A stretch of 64,000 nt of DNA from Octopus bimaculoides (GCF_001194135.2 NC_068992.1:64430918-64494917), one strand, 5' to 3'; numbered from the stretch's first letter, positions 1 through 12,049 are shown. Program-made: numbers and translations. The notes: a model not told the origin generated them from the sequence alone.

Positions 1-280
1 ATTCTAACCTTTTTTGGATTTAGTTTTCCTTCTTTGATGAAACCAAAGTTTTTCTTTTTTCTCTCTCTCTCCCTCTCCAGATTTTCCCTTTCAGATCCAA
101 TATTTTACATAATTAAAAACAGTTCACCTCAGTTCTGAGTTTCATATTATTGATAGTGGCTAACTTAGCTCCCTTTTCTTGTCTTTTCCCTGAGGTTTTT
201 GAGTTTTAAGTACTTTATAATGACTTGATTACTTCCTGAATAGAGGGAAAAAATGTGAATAAATAAACAAGTAGAGTTAC

Positions 281-600
281 TAGTGTGGTTGTGTGGTTAA
301 GAAGCTTGTTTCCCAACCCTGTGGTCCTGAGTTCAGTCCCACTGTGTGGAACCTTGGGCAAATGTCTTCTACTATAGCCCTGGGCCAACCAAAATCTTGT
401 GAGTGGATTTAGTAGACAGAAACTGAAAGAAGCCCATCATGTGTGTGTTTGTGTTATGTTTGTCTCCCATCACCATTTGGCAACTGGGGTTTGTTTGTTT
501 GTTTGCGTCCTTGTAACTTAGCAACTCATCAAAAACAACCAACAGAATAAGCACCAGGCTTTAAAAAATCAAATCCTAGGGTTGATTTGTCTGACTAAAC
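281..600 (+). mobile_element. SINE family C (tRNA-like head with GGTTCAGTCCC-type B-box)
   Basis: gtgtggttaagaagcttg...gagttcagtcccactgtgtgg...ttgggcaaatgtcttctactatagcc...gtgagtggattt; many copies in the window. Confidence 0.85.
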
Positions 601-713
601 CAGAAGTTTTCAACATGGGTTGTACCATCTCCAAAGGGGTGCTGGGCATGTTGAGGGGAACATTAGGCTTTAGTGGGTGGTGAAGTACCATAACATGCTA
701 AATTTTACCTATT

Positions 714-1108
714 CTTTTATTTGTTTCAGTCATTTGACTGTGGCCATGCTGGAGCACTGCCTTTAGTCGAACAAATTAACCCCAAGACTTATTCTTTGTA
801 AGCCTAGTACTTATTCTATTGGTCTCTTTTGCTGAACTGGTAAGTTAAAGGGACGTAAGCACACCAACATCGATTGTCAAGTGATGGTGGGGTGGACAAA
901 CACATACATACATATATATATATGACAGGCTTCTTTCAGTTTCCATCTACCAAATCCACTCACAAAGCTATAGTAGAAGACACTTGCCCAATGTGCCACA
1001 CAGNNNNNNNNNNCTATAGTAGAAGACACTTGCCCAATGTGCCACACAGTGGGACTGAACCTGGAACCATGTGGTTGGTAAGCAAGCTACTTAACATACA
1101 GCCACTCC
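714..1108 (-). mobile_element. SINE family C copy, inverted relative to 281-600
   Basis: Reverse complement of the same consensus, including the 3' end ...cagtcaaatgactgaaacaa. Confidence 0.85.
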
Positions 1109-1480
1109 TGCAATTATACTATACATAATAAAACTAGTAATGGCTATTAAAATAAAATGCGAGATAAGAATATATTGTGGCTAAAGACATGTTTGAAGAA
1201 GAAGAATTTCTAATGTTATATTTGGCATTAGGAAGGGCATTCAGTTGTAAAAATCCTGCCTGGTGCAGTCTTCTGCCTAGCCAGCTCCTGTCAAACTGTC
1301 CAACCCATGCCAGCATGGAAAGCGGATGGCAAATGATGATATTTATGTTTTGAATAGTATTTTGTAAGTGTGCAGTCTTGTTTGTTTTCTTTGTTTCTTC
1401 GTATGTTGTGACCTCCATTATATTTTGTTTTGTAATATTATTTACAATTGTTGTGTACTTTACTCTTCAAAAAATTTAGA

Positions 1481-1965
1481 CTGAGTGGAAAAAGAAAGTA
1501 CAGTCAGTATTTGAGTGAATATTTGAAATATGGATTTATTCCATCTCTAAATAACGAGCCATTGCTACTATGTTTGATATGTGAAAAAAAAATGTTCTCA
1601 AATGAAACAATGACACCTTTGAGAATGGTCGAACATTTACAAAAGAAAGTATCCAGATAAAGGTGGAAAAGACGGGGACTGTTTTCGCCAAATGAAAAAT
1701 GATTTTAAGAACTATCTTACTCTCAAAGGATTTCTGGGTTGTTTACCAAACAAACTAGGCAAATAGAGGAGGGGTTGGTTATTGTTTTATAAACTTTCAA
1801 AATTAATTGCAAAATTTGGAAAACCACAGACTATTGGTGAAACTCTTCTCTTACCAGCTATAAATGAAGTTTTGCATGCTATGACTTATCCAGGTAAAAG
1901 TGCCAAAGCAGCACCATTCCCTCTCCGTAATCGAACAGTAGCAGTAAGAGTAGATGACATGGTGA
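1481..1965 (+). mobile_element. hAT (Buster/Charlie, ZBED8/SCAND3-like) transposase fossil, N-terminal part
   Basis: KRKYSQYLSEYLKYGFI...CLICEKKMFSNETMTPLRMVEHL (BED finger-like), YKLSKLIAKFGKPQTIGETLLLPA and PLRNRTVAVRVDDM match Buster motifs; broken by stops and frameshifts. Confidence 0.85.
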
Positions 1966-2270
1966 AAGGTCCTTGGACTACGTTGCCCAATGCATCTTTT
2001 TTTTTTTTTTAGATAATAGGGATGCGATTTTAGAGAATTTAGCTACAATGTCTAGCATGTTGAGTGATCATAGAGCTCCATCGTTAGTCTGTGTTAGTAT
2101 TAATTAATTATGTAATTCACTCAAGTTTAATGGTAGTTTACTGTTTAGTTAGATTGTTGCTAAGATTATAATCTTTGACTTCTTCAATTAGTTTATTGTC
2201 ATTACATTCATTTTCCTCCACATGGCAATAGAAGAAAATCAATGTTATTATTATTATTATTATTGTTGTT

Positions 2271-2475
2271 AAGGTGAAGGTTGGTAGAATTGCTTGCATG
2301 CCAAACAAAATGCTTAGTGACATCTTTATGTTCTGAGTTCAAATTCCACCATGGTCAGTTTTACTTTTTGTCATTTCAGGGTTTGATAAAATAAGTACCA
2401 GTTGAGTACTTTTCCAATGTAATCATCTTAGCCCCCTCCCTCCAAATTTCAAGTTTTGTGGCTGTAGTGAAAAGA

Positions 2476-2516
<41 letters not shown>

Positions 2517-2990
2517 GGTGGCAAGCTGGTAGAATTACCTGAGTATCAGACAAAATGCTTAACATTTTTCTGACTGGTTATGTTTTGAGTTCAAATTCTC
2601 TTGAGGTCGATATTTTACCTTTCATCCTCTTGGGGTTGATAAAACAAGTACTAGTTGAGTGCTGGGGTTGATGTAATTGGCTTACTCTTTCCGACCCAAA
2701 ATTTCAGGCCTTCTCTCTATAGTAAAAATAATTATTATTATCACCATCTTCAAGGCGGTGATCTGGCAGAATCATTAGCATGCTTGGAAAAATGCTAAGT
2801 GGCATTTTGTCTGTCTTTACATTCTGAGTTCAAATTCTGCTGAGGTTGACTTTGCTTTTCATCCTTTCGGGGTCATTGGAATAAGTATCAGTTACACACT
2901 AGGGTCGATGTAATCAACTAGTCCCCTCTTCCAAAATTTCAGGCCTTGTGCCTATAATAGAAAGGATTATTATTATTATTATCACTCCTC
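2271..2990 (+). mobile_element. SINE family A, three head-to-tail copies separated by (ATT)n
   Basis: ~210-bp unit aaggcggtgagctggcagaa...ttctgagttcaaattc...tttcatcctttcggggtc...aaaatttcaggccttgtgcct at ~2271, 2515 and 2752. Confidence 0.9.
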
Positions 2991-3076
2991 CTCCTACTAC
3001 TACTACTACTACTATTATTTCCACTAAATTAGCAGTTTTGTTGTGATATTATAATAAATCAAACTTTTGGTTCTAG

Positions 3077-3203
3077 CTAAATCTGAAAGAGGACACAGAC
3101 TACCATTATGACACGCTCCAGTTGCCATTAAGGTCAATTCTAAAGAAAACCAATTCTGAATCACCATTTCTCAGTCGAAGAGCCAGTACAGGAGATCTTA
3201 GAA
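3077..3203 (+). CDS. CLCN2: ClC-2-like chloride channel, internal exon in the CBS1-CBS2 linker (LNLKEDTDYHYDTLQLPLRSILKKTNSESPFLSRRASTGDLR)
   Basis: Acceptor ttttggttctag|cta, donor aga a|gtaagt, open frame (phase 0 to 1). The SILKKTNS motif is one I recall from invertebrate ClC-2 linkers. Same strand as, and upstream of, the CBS2 exons. Confidence 0.75.
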
Positions 3204-4665
3204 GTAAGTACTCACAAATTGTACCATACTGTTTTTGTTTTTTTGTATGTGTATGTGGCTATGTGGTGAGAAGTTGGCTTCCCAACCAAATGGTTGTGGG
3301 TCCAGTCCCACGTTCTAGTTAAGAAATTAACAATTGGAAGAATTATTCCCTATAGAAACAAATGATTCAACAAATAGACCATTCCCTCCATTGTAAATAT
3401 GGAAAGCTAGATGTGAAGCTGTAAAAATTAGAGGAACTTATATCTTCAACATTCAAGAGAGGGGATTTGAGAGATGAACATGAGGAAGGAATCTTCAACA
3501 TTCCAGAGAGGAGGATTTGAGAGGGAAAGGGGAGGAGGGAAACTTCAACATTCCAAGGTGAAGTGAAATAGTTACATCCAGGAATCAAAATTGGGCCTTA
3601 GAATGAGCTCACTTGCCATAGCTTTTAGCCATTTCATTATCATATTTCTAATAAGACACACTGCCTTTGTTTCAATTAATTTTGAAAATAATAAAGAATT
3701 TAATTAAAATAACTTTGTCATTTAAAAGCTAGTGTTTGGAACATAAACAAACATGAAATTTTGGTGGAAGGTTTTAATTTAGATAGTCTTAAAATGAATT
3801 TCTATCTAAGAACTAGGGGCTGTGTTAGGCAGGTTGGTAGTTAATTTCTACTTTATCTCTCTTTCCCTAATATAGTTCACTATGAATGATACCAATTCTC
3901 TTGGAGAAGATAAATAGGAATGGTGCAGAGACTAATAAGGGTTATTTTAATTAGGAATGGTAGCTTTGTGCCCATTTGGGTATTTAATCTTCAGAAATTT
4001 CTTTTTTTGTTCTCTGTATCTCTTTTCCAACGTTCTTCATTTTATTATGTATTTTTAGTGGATGGTGATCTCTTTTACCGAGATCTTGCTGCCAAACAGA
4101 GAAAGGAAAGTATTGTTGAAGATGTACCGTTTGTTTTCAAGGTTAGTAAAGCATTTTCAATTTTTCTTATAATTTTATTCGTTTTCTTTTACAAAGACAA
4201 ATCAGTTTTTGACTTTTTCTATTCAAATAGGTTTTTAACCTAATATTTATTCTTTAACTGCTTCAAGATTCACTGTTCCAAAAAAGGATTATTTCCTTAT
4301 GATCATTTTTGATTTTTAGATCACAAATAAAAATAAATCTCCAACTTTTTTTTTTTTGTGGAAACCTTCCTATAATTATGAAATACAATTTTTTTTACCT
4401 TTTCCAGATTTCTCTGTTAATATCTTTCATCCTTCATGTTGTACTGTCTATATTCTTTACAGGAAATTTCTAACACTTTCTGCTATTTCAATGTATTCGA
4501 AATACACACAGTTCTATGTTCATGTGCAGCTATTACATTACATATTCAAAGAGTGAGAGATTATCTGTTCTTATGTGATTTTTTTTAATTTAAAAAAAAA
4601 TGTGGGTCTGTTGTTCTTTTTCTGTCTCAAATTGGCATATATGATGTCTCTGATATCATTAACTT

Positions 4666-4890
4666 AACCCGTTTGTTGATATTTTTCTGTTGAAATACTC
4701 TGCCTTTCTTTCAATTAATTTTCATTATAACAAAAAAGAATAAAAATTGGTAAAATAACTTTGTCATTATTAAGCTGGTGTTTAGAACATAAATTAACAC
4801 ACAATTTTGATGGAAGGTTTTAATTTAGAACATATTAAAACAGGAAGTTTATATCATAGAACCAGGGATGGTCTTAAATAGGTTTTATCA
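4666..4890. mobile_element. Second piggyBac-type MITE family, decayed (related copy ~3620-3800)
   Basis: Begins TTAACCC. Shares the core ttcaattaatttt...aaaataactttgtcatt...aagct(a/g)gtgttt(g/a)gaacataaa...atttt(g)(g/a)tggaaggttttaatttaga with 3620-3800. Confidence 0.55.
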
Positions 4891-5037
4891 TTAACACACT
4901 GTTATGTGATTCCATTTCCATGTCACAAGTTTTGACATCCTTCTTAAGCTAACATGATGCTGTTTAATGTAAGGCAATGATGTTGTTACTCACCAAACCT
5001 ATTTTCACTGTAAACACCTAATTCTTTGTATTTACAG

Positions 5038-5079
5038 TTTCGAAAACAATTCTATTTCAAAGTCCATACATATTCAACG
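5038..5079 (+). CDS. CLCN2: Candidate small ClC-2 exon (phase 1 to 1: ISKTILFQSPYIFN)
   Basis: Good acceptor (ctaattctttgtatttacag|) and donor (acg|gtaaat), 42 nt, open in the phase left by the 3077-3203 exon. Homology support is weak (SPY only). Confidence 0.3.
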
Positions 5080-5799
5080 GTAAATATAGCAAAATGCTTA
5101 TAAAGCTGGTATGACTTCTTTGCCAAGAACATAATGTTTGACTTCCATAGCCTTCTGCTGATGCAAATGTATTTTCATCCAATCACAGCTCCTTTGTTGT
5201 TTGAAGGTTTGGCAGTGTTAAGAGCAATAGTGTTTTTTAGTGTGAACGTGTGTATATGTGAGGATGGGAGAGGGGAATATTAGCCACTTTTTAAGCCCCG
5301 ATCCTCCGGATGTCTTATGAAAACTAAAAGAGTGAAATAAATCTGTATCCTTAAAGATTTAATGTGAATTGTAAGAATGGCATTACTAAAATTGTTAAAG
5401 TCTCATCAGTCTAAATTAATCATTTGTGTTGGTCGTTAAATTACTGTTTTTCGATTTAAGAATAATGTCTCAGATTTTTTGGTAATATAGTGAAAATGAG
5501 AGGTTGTGACATTCATACCTTTCCCTAATGTATTCTTAGCATATGTGTTATGTTCTGTGTTTTGTTGTTGATCCTTGGACTTGGTTTATTGTTGTTAAGA
5601 AATCAATAATTTGAATATATACCCATACTATAGTGACCATCACCACATAGTTTACCTCTGGTCAGTTATACTAGATATCTAGACTGACCACCACCACCAA
5701 CACCCCGACAATTTACCTTTGGCCAGTTATACAAATTATTCACCAATACCACAGTGACCACCCCAACATAGTTTCTCCACTGGTCAGTTATATTAAATT

Positions 5800-5895
5800 T
5801 TCTTCTTCTTCTTCGGGCAGCTTCAACCCAGATATGCCTCATCTCGTCGTGTCGTGTATCTCTGTCCTCCATTGGCTTTGGTAGGTCTTCAATTT
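5800..5895 (-). mobile_element. LINE (RTE-like) 3' tail fragment ending in (GAA)n
   Basis: EDLPKPMEDRDTRHDEMRHIWVEAA followed by gaagaagaagaa on -. Confidence 0.45.
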
Positions 5896-5899
5896 CACG

Positions 5900-6530
5900 T
5901 TGTGTGTCTGTGTGTCATCTCAGTGTTGTCTGTTTTCACGTTCTGAGTTCAAATTCCACCGAGGTTGACTTTGTATTTATCCTTTTGGGGTTCATAAATT
6001 AAGTACCAGTGAAACACTGGGGTTGACAAAAACAACTAGTACCCTCCCCTAAAATTTCAGACTTTGTGCCTTTAGTAGAAAGGGTTATTATTATTATTAT
6101 TATTATTATTATGGCAGCAAGTTGGCAGAATTGTTAGCATGCTAGGCAAAATGCTTAGCAGTATTTTGTCTGTCTTCATGTTCTGAGTTCAAATGCTGCT
6201 GGGGTTGACTTTGCCTTTCAACCTTTTGGAGTCGATAAATTAAGTACCAGTTGCAAAATGAGGCTGATGTAATTGACTGGTCCCCTCCCCCAAAATTTCA
6301 GGCCTTGTGCCTCTAGTAGAAAAGATTACCATTATTATGGCAGTGAGCTAACAGGTTTGTTAATGTCAAATGAAATATTTTGTAGTGCTTAGTTATACTT
6401 CTTTACACTGTGTTCAGAACTTGCCAAGGTCAACTTAGCATTTCATCCTTTCAGAGGAGCCCATGCTATAAAGTAGCAGTCTGGGGTTGATTCAAGTGAC
6501 CCCACACCACCTTCCAAAATTTTCACACAA
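5900..6530 (+). mobile_element. SINE family A, three tandem copies (last one very decayed)
   Basis: Same unit at ~5900-6085, 6111-6330 and 6337-6530, with (ATT)n spacers. Confidence 0.85.
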
Positions 6531-6914
6531 TAATAATTTTTATTGTAAGTTCTCTAACGATAGTGGATAGCTAATGAGCAAAACAATGGTACCTCTTTGC
6601 AGATACTCAACTTACTGAAACAACAGTCAAATATCCCTCAAGTTGTATGCTTTACTGTTGGACAGTGTAATCTTTCATATATCAGATGTGGTGTTCAGGG
6701 ATAGACTGTCTTTGATTACAAGTTTGTTTGGTTTGGGGGCTCTACAACCAACTGATTAGCACTGTCCCCTTTACATGTCAATAGTGGAAATCCTTATTTT
6801 AAATTCTGTAAAAGGGTGACGGAATAATTTTCTTTTAGAGAATTTAAGAGAGCAGAGAGTTATTATTGTGTAACCACTCAAGATGAGCCCTCATCAATTT
6901 GAACTGTAGTACAC

Positions 6915-7350
6915 AGGTAGATGATGTTGCTGTGTAGCCCTAGGTCAGTCCTGATCCAGCAAGATAATTATCGTTGTTGTTGTTGTTGTATAGCCCCAGG
7001 TCAATCCTGATCCACCTCTCCTGTGGCACACAGGTTTTGTTGATGTTGTGTAGCCCCAGGTAAGTTCCTGATCTAGCAAGGTAGTAGTTGTTGTATAACC
7101 CTAGGTCAGTCCTGATCCAATGATCCTATGTCAGGTAGTTCTTGTGTAGACCCAGGTCTGTCCTGATCCAGCAATCCTACGACACACAAGTCATTGTTTT
7201 TATTGTTGTGTAGCTCTAGGTCAGTGTATTGTGTGTTTGTGTTGTTGTTTTAGTCTCCTGTCAGCTGTGACTGAGCTGAGCTATAATCACAAGGCAATCC
7301 AACCATGATAACTCCATCTTTACTTTTCTTTGTTTCAGGAATAATGTACA
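6915..7350 (+). repeat. Six tandem copies of the head of repeat family H, followed by its body
   Basis: (gtt)n gt(a/g)tagccc(c/t)aggtcagtcctgatcc recurs near 6925, 6985, 7045, 7090, 7140 and 7205. Dispersed family H copies at ~14140-14540, 19180-19370, 33400-34330, 52600-52800 and 53810-54010. Confidence 0.75.
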
Positions 7351-8484
7351 TTATACTATGTTATCCAACTTCCCTCTCTCTCCCTCGCTCTTCCCCACTT
7401 CCCTCATGGATGGTAAAATGTGGTTTCTTGAAGATTTTGATGCAATTTTTGAGATGCTCTTAATATCTTTTCTGTATTATGTGCATATTATGTGTGTGTA
7501 TGTGTTGTGGATGCAGGTATGGTTGAGTGATTAAGGGACTCATTTTTCAGAATCAGGTTTGGAGATCAAGCCTACTGCATGGTCGGTGTCTTGGGCAAGT
7601 GTTTCTTTTTTTTTTCCTTTTGTTACAAACATTGGATTGACTCAACACTTGTGTGTGAAATCGGGTTGACAAAGATTGTGTAGAAGACTGTTGTACAGTT
7701 GTATACATATAATTCAAAATTCCAGCCTTGTCTCTTGTGTTATGTATACTCTGCCTGAAAATTTTATTTGTGGAATACTCAGCCACATATATGTTAGTGA
7801 TGGAAGTAATACCAAATGGCAATCTTTATGTCCTACTCAATGTGAATGTCTTGTTAGAATGTTAACTACTGTGGTATTTGCCTTGAAAGACCCTCTCATG
7901 CAGATGTTCTGTGCTAAGGTCATAGCCATAGATTGTTAGCAGATGAGAACCGTCTGGCATGGGCATTGGAACTGTCAGATCACATGATTTCAGTGCACTG
8001 CACTTCCTCAGTGACAGTTGCCCACTTGCCAAATCTTACTATAAATGATATATATATATATATATAGAATTACAATGACTTTTCAGTCACTGATGTTGCA
8101 AGCAGCCAACAGGCTTACTAAAAAATAAATATTACTGGTAGAAGTAGTATTAGTACTGAATGGCGATTTTTATATCCAATTTAATGTGGATGTATTATCA
8201 GAATACTGAATACTGCAGTGTTTAGCATTCTAATAATACATTCGTATTGAGCAAAATACAAAGATTGCCTTTTGGTATTAATACATATAAATCAATTTGA
8301 TAAGTAGCTTGGTTAGTTAGTTGAATAACTGAATGTTCCTCATTGAAACTAATGGAAGAAAATCCATGATGTGTGCTGTTATTTGGCCATAAGTTGGCTT
8401 TGAATGAGTAAACCTATGATCAAAAGCATTCCAGCTGTGACCATCCTGTCCTTTTTTGTATATCAAGGACTACATGATCTAGTG

Positions 8485-8568
8485 CAGTGGTTCCCATCCT
8501 GGGGTCTGTGGACTCCTGATGGTCCACAAAGGTAGTATTAGGGGGACTGTGAACTAAATTCAGAATTT

Positions 8569-8599
<31 letters not shown>

Positions 8600-9036
8600 N
8601 NNNNNNNNNNNNNNNNNNNNNNNNNNNNNNNNNNNNNNNNNNNNNNNNNNNNNNNNNNNNNNNNNNNNNNNNNNNNNNNNNNNNNNNNNNNNNNNNNNNN
8701 NNNNNNNNNNNNNNNNNNNNNNNNNNNNNNNNNNNNNNNNNNNNNNNNNNNNNNNNNNNNNNNNNNNNNNNNNNNNNNNNNNNNNNNNNNNNNNNNNNNN
8801 NNNNNNNNNNNNNNNNNNNNNNNNNNNNNNNNNNNNNNNNNNNNNNNNNNNNNNNNNNNNNNNNNNNNNNNNNNNNNNNNNNNNNNNNNNNNNNNNNNNN
8901 NNNNNNNNNNNNNNNNNNNNNNNNNNNNNNNNNNNNNNNNNNNNNNNNNNNNNNNNNNNNNNNNNNNNNNNNNNNNNNNNNNNNNNNNNNNNNNNNNNNN
9001 NNNNNNNNNNNNNNNNNNNNNNNNNNNNNNNNNNNN

Positions 9037-9081
<45 letters not shown>

Positions 9082-9152
9082 TAGATAAGGATAAGCATAT
9101 TAATAAAGGTCCGTGAGAAAACTCATTTAAATAAAAGGGTTGGGAACCACTG
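8485..9152. mobile_element. hAT (Charlie/MER5-like) MITE interrupted by (TA)n and an N gap
   Basis: TIRs CAGTGGTTCCCA / TGGGAACCACTG; 8-bp TSD atctagtg / atccagtg. Confidence 0.85.
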
Positions 9153-9641
9153 ATCCAGTGTATGCCTCCATTCTAATGGCAGCAGGAGTGTGATTTTAGA
9201 GAAATTTAGCCACTATTTCCAGCTGGCTGATGAACTACATAGATGCCCCCTCTTTGACCTGTGTATATGTGTTACTGTCTTGTGTATGTATTGTGTAATG
9301 TGTTGTGTGATGTTGTATAAAGATTCTGTTGACAGTATGTTATTTATATTTTTCAGATGCCTCTTTAAGTTTTACAATAAATGACAATTTATTGTGATAT
9401 TGTGAGCTAAAATGCTGCTTCTGTTGAAGGCAAATATTGCATGGCTGTCAAATTCTGCTGCATAAACAGCTATTTGTAAATTGTCAAAATGCCAAGATGT
9501 TACAATTCAATTTAGTTTCACGTTTAATAATTCTATTTAGCATTGTCTGACTATTAAAAAAAAGAAACACATTTAAGATATACATCAAATTATTTAATAT
9601 TTGAGCTATGTACAATGGTTAGAGACCTCTGTACCTCAGTG

Positions 9642-9642
<1 letters not shown>

Positions 9643-9721
<79 letters not shown>

Positions 9722-9736
9722 CTTATATATATATAT
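9643..9736. repeat. (TA)n microsatellite; representative of many (TA)n tracts, most bordering N gaps
   Basis: Direct reading; similar tracts at ~8570, 9038, 21320, 21878, 37512, 58200 and 59395. Confidence 0.95.
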
Positions 9737-10142
9737 TTTTTTTTGAATTGGTAGATCTTGAAGCAGATAAAGCTATAAATAATAGCCTGTGAATATTGGG
9801 TTAAAAAATCCTTTGGATAGAAAATGTTGAAGGCTGCCTTCGGGACTCAAACCCACCTCCCCTACAAACATGACAGATGTTCTACTATTGAACCAAAGTG
9901 ATCTTTTGAATTTCTCAATTCATTTCAGCAACCCTGTTCTTACCAGTAAAAATTGTACGATAGAGAAATTTGAAGTGTAGCTTTGGTCTAGTGGTAGAAC
10001 ATCTATCATGTTGACTGGAGATGTGAGTTTCAATCCCCTGGGCAGCTTCCAACTCTTCTTATCCAAAAGAGATTTTTCAACTCAATATTTACGCAGTTAC
10101 TTATAGCTTTATTTGCTTCTGAGATCCACCATTCCAAAAAAA
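9737..10142. mobile_element. Palindromic (fold-back) element with ~160-bp arms carrying tRNA-like heads
   Basis: 9737-9898 aligns to the reverse complement of 9981-10142. Related palindrome at 26782-27039 and a partial arm near 4200-4300. Confidence 0.75.
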
Positions 10143-10207
10143 GAATTGATGTTCTTTTGAGATTTGTAAATTCTTATGACTTCAACAATTTATATATATA
10201 TAAATTA

Positions 10208-10278
<71 letters not shown>

Positions 10279-11858
10279 TGTATATGTATCTAGGCAAGTC
10301 TATAGTCCTGTCTAGATTGATATAGTGACTGTGAGATTAGAGTGCTAGACTTTGGGCAGTATGGTTGTGATTTCTATACCTTACTGCAGTGCTGTTGCTA
10401 TGTTGTATTTTTGCTTGCCTCAGTCTGCTTGGCTGACAAACAGGTCCTGCTTCATCACCAATAGAAGCTGAGTGAGAGGGAAATAATAAAAAGAAACAAA
10501 CAATTTTACTTTTCTTTATGAACCTTGAGCAGTATTGAATGTTCAGTTAGAGTTTTTCCATTCTGGTTTGATAAATGAATTGAAATGTATTTTTTTCTTT
10601 CTTTCCTTTTTTTTTTTTTTTTGTCTTGTTTTATTTTCACCATATTTTCTGGCATAAAAGTTGATAAAGTATATTGTGTAAACTTGTACTGCAAACATTA
10701 AAACATCTTCCCTATCTTTCCAAATCCTGCTGCTTTTCACATAGAATTTTGGATCCTTGAAAGTCAACCTACATTTTTTGGCTGTTAATTTTGATTTGAA
10801 GAATTTGACTTGTATGCTGGAAAATATGGCAGTGATTCTCTTTTCTGATTAGACAAGTACCGTGAAGGGTGTTTTTCTTTTCTTTTTCTTTTTAGTCATG
10901 AGAAGGGATTTTGCTCATGCCTTTGGCAGGTTCTTTGTGATACTCAAACTGATATGGTTGATGTTCATCTTAAATCTCTCTAAGTCAAGTGCAGAAGGAA
11001 CAGAGATATTAAAAGAAATGGGCAGGGTGGAAGTTGCAGAAAGTTGGCTGCAGTCAAATGACTGAAACAAGTAAAAGATAAAAAGCAGTAAGCTACAAGG
11101 AGCATGCATATTTATTTCCACTGAAAAAGCAGAAGTATTCTTTTATTCTTTTACTGGTTTTAGCCAGAGGCTGGGGGCCATGCTGGAGAAATGATAATTT
11201 TTTTTTTTATGTGGGACGGTATTGTCTAACTTGTCCTTTTTTTTTTCTAAGATATTAGAGTGTGATTTTAGGGAAATTTGGTTGCTATTTCTAGCAGGTT
11301 GAGTAATCACATTGAACCTATCTTGTGAGTGGGAGCTGAACTGAAGAAAATGCAAATAATACATCCAGAGTTGTCTCCCATGTTTGCTGGTTAACGGAGG
11401 AAACGAAAACTAAAGTACTTATTAGTCATCAAGTGTAATCCTTTTTTCCTTTTCATTTCTCACCCACATGCTTTTTTTTTTCTTCTAGTTTTTGAGTAAA
11501 ATATTTCATTAATATACATCAACACCCACTGACCTATATCTAATACATTAGTTCTTATATTCACTTGTATTTCCTTTAATCTTCAGTTTATCATGAAACA
11601 ATATATGACCTGGACAATGGATATTCAACTTTGCCAAGTGATATAAAGATATTTATCATCATCATCATCATCATCGTCGTCGTTGTACATGATTTTATGC
11701 TAGCATATTGAGTAAAATGAAATTTCTGTTTTTATATCTAATGAGGAGTGGTAGCGAATATAATGCTTACATTTCATGTGACATTTAGATTTTATAAAAT
11801 GAAAGAAAAAAAAACAAACCTTGTAATGCTTATGTTTGATTTACTAATTTGCAAAGTG

Positions 11859-11896
<38 letters not shown>

Positions 11897-12049
11897 GTAT
11901 CATTTCTAACAGTAATTGAAATGAATGAATCTGGTTTTCTCATTAACTGCCTTGTCATTATAATGTCATTATATCGAAATCAAATTAACTCTTATTAATT
12001 TATTTTGCATAACATTTATCTTTCTTCTCCATTTTTTTTTTCATATTAT

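Noticed and set aside
968-1049. 36-bp direct repeat on either side of a 10-N gap
   Set aside because: Typical unmerged contig overlap, not a biological duplication; a similar case lies at ~51110-51140.
8538-9098. Long ORFs made of X and IY/YI/VC runs (also at 21233-22334, 36619-37892, 42510-43271, 46629-47523, 58078-59896, 61695-62387)
   Set aside because: Produced by N gaps and dinucleotide microsatellites; not coding.
10896-11065. Strong acceptor-like tract (ttttcttttctttttctttttag) with an open frame VMRRDFAHAFGR
   Set aside because: No convincing donor giving the required phase, and no clear ClC homology.
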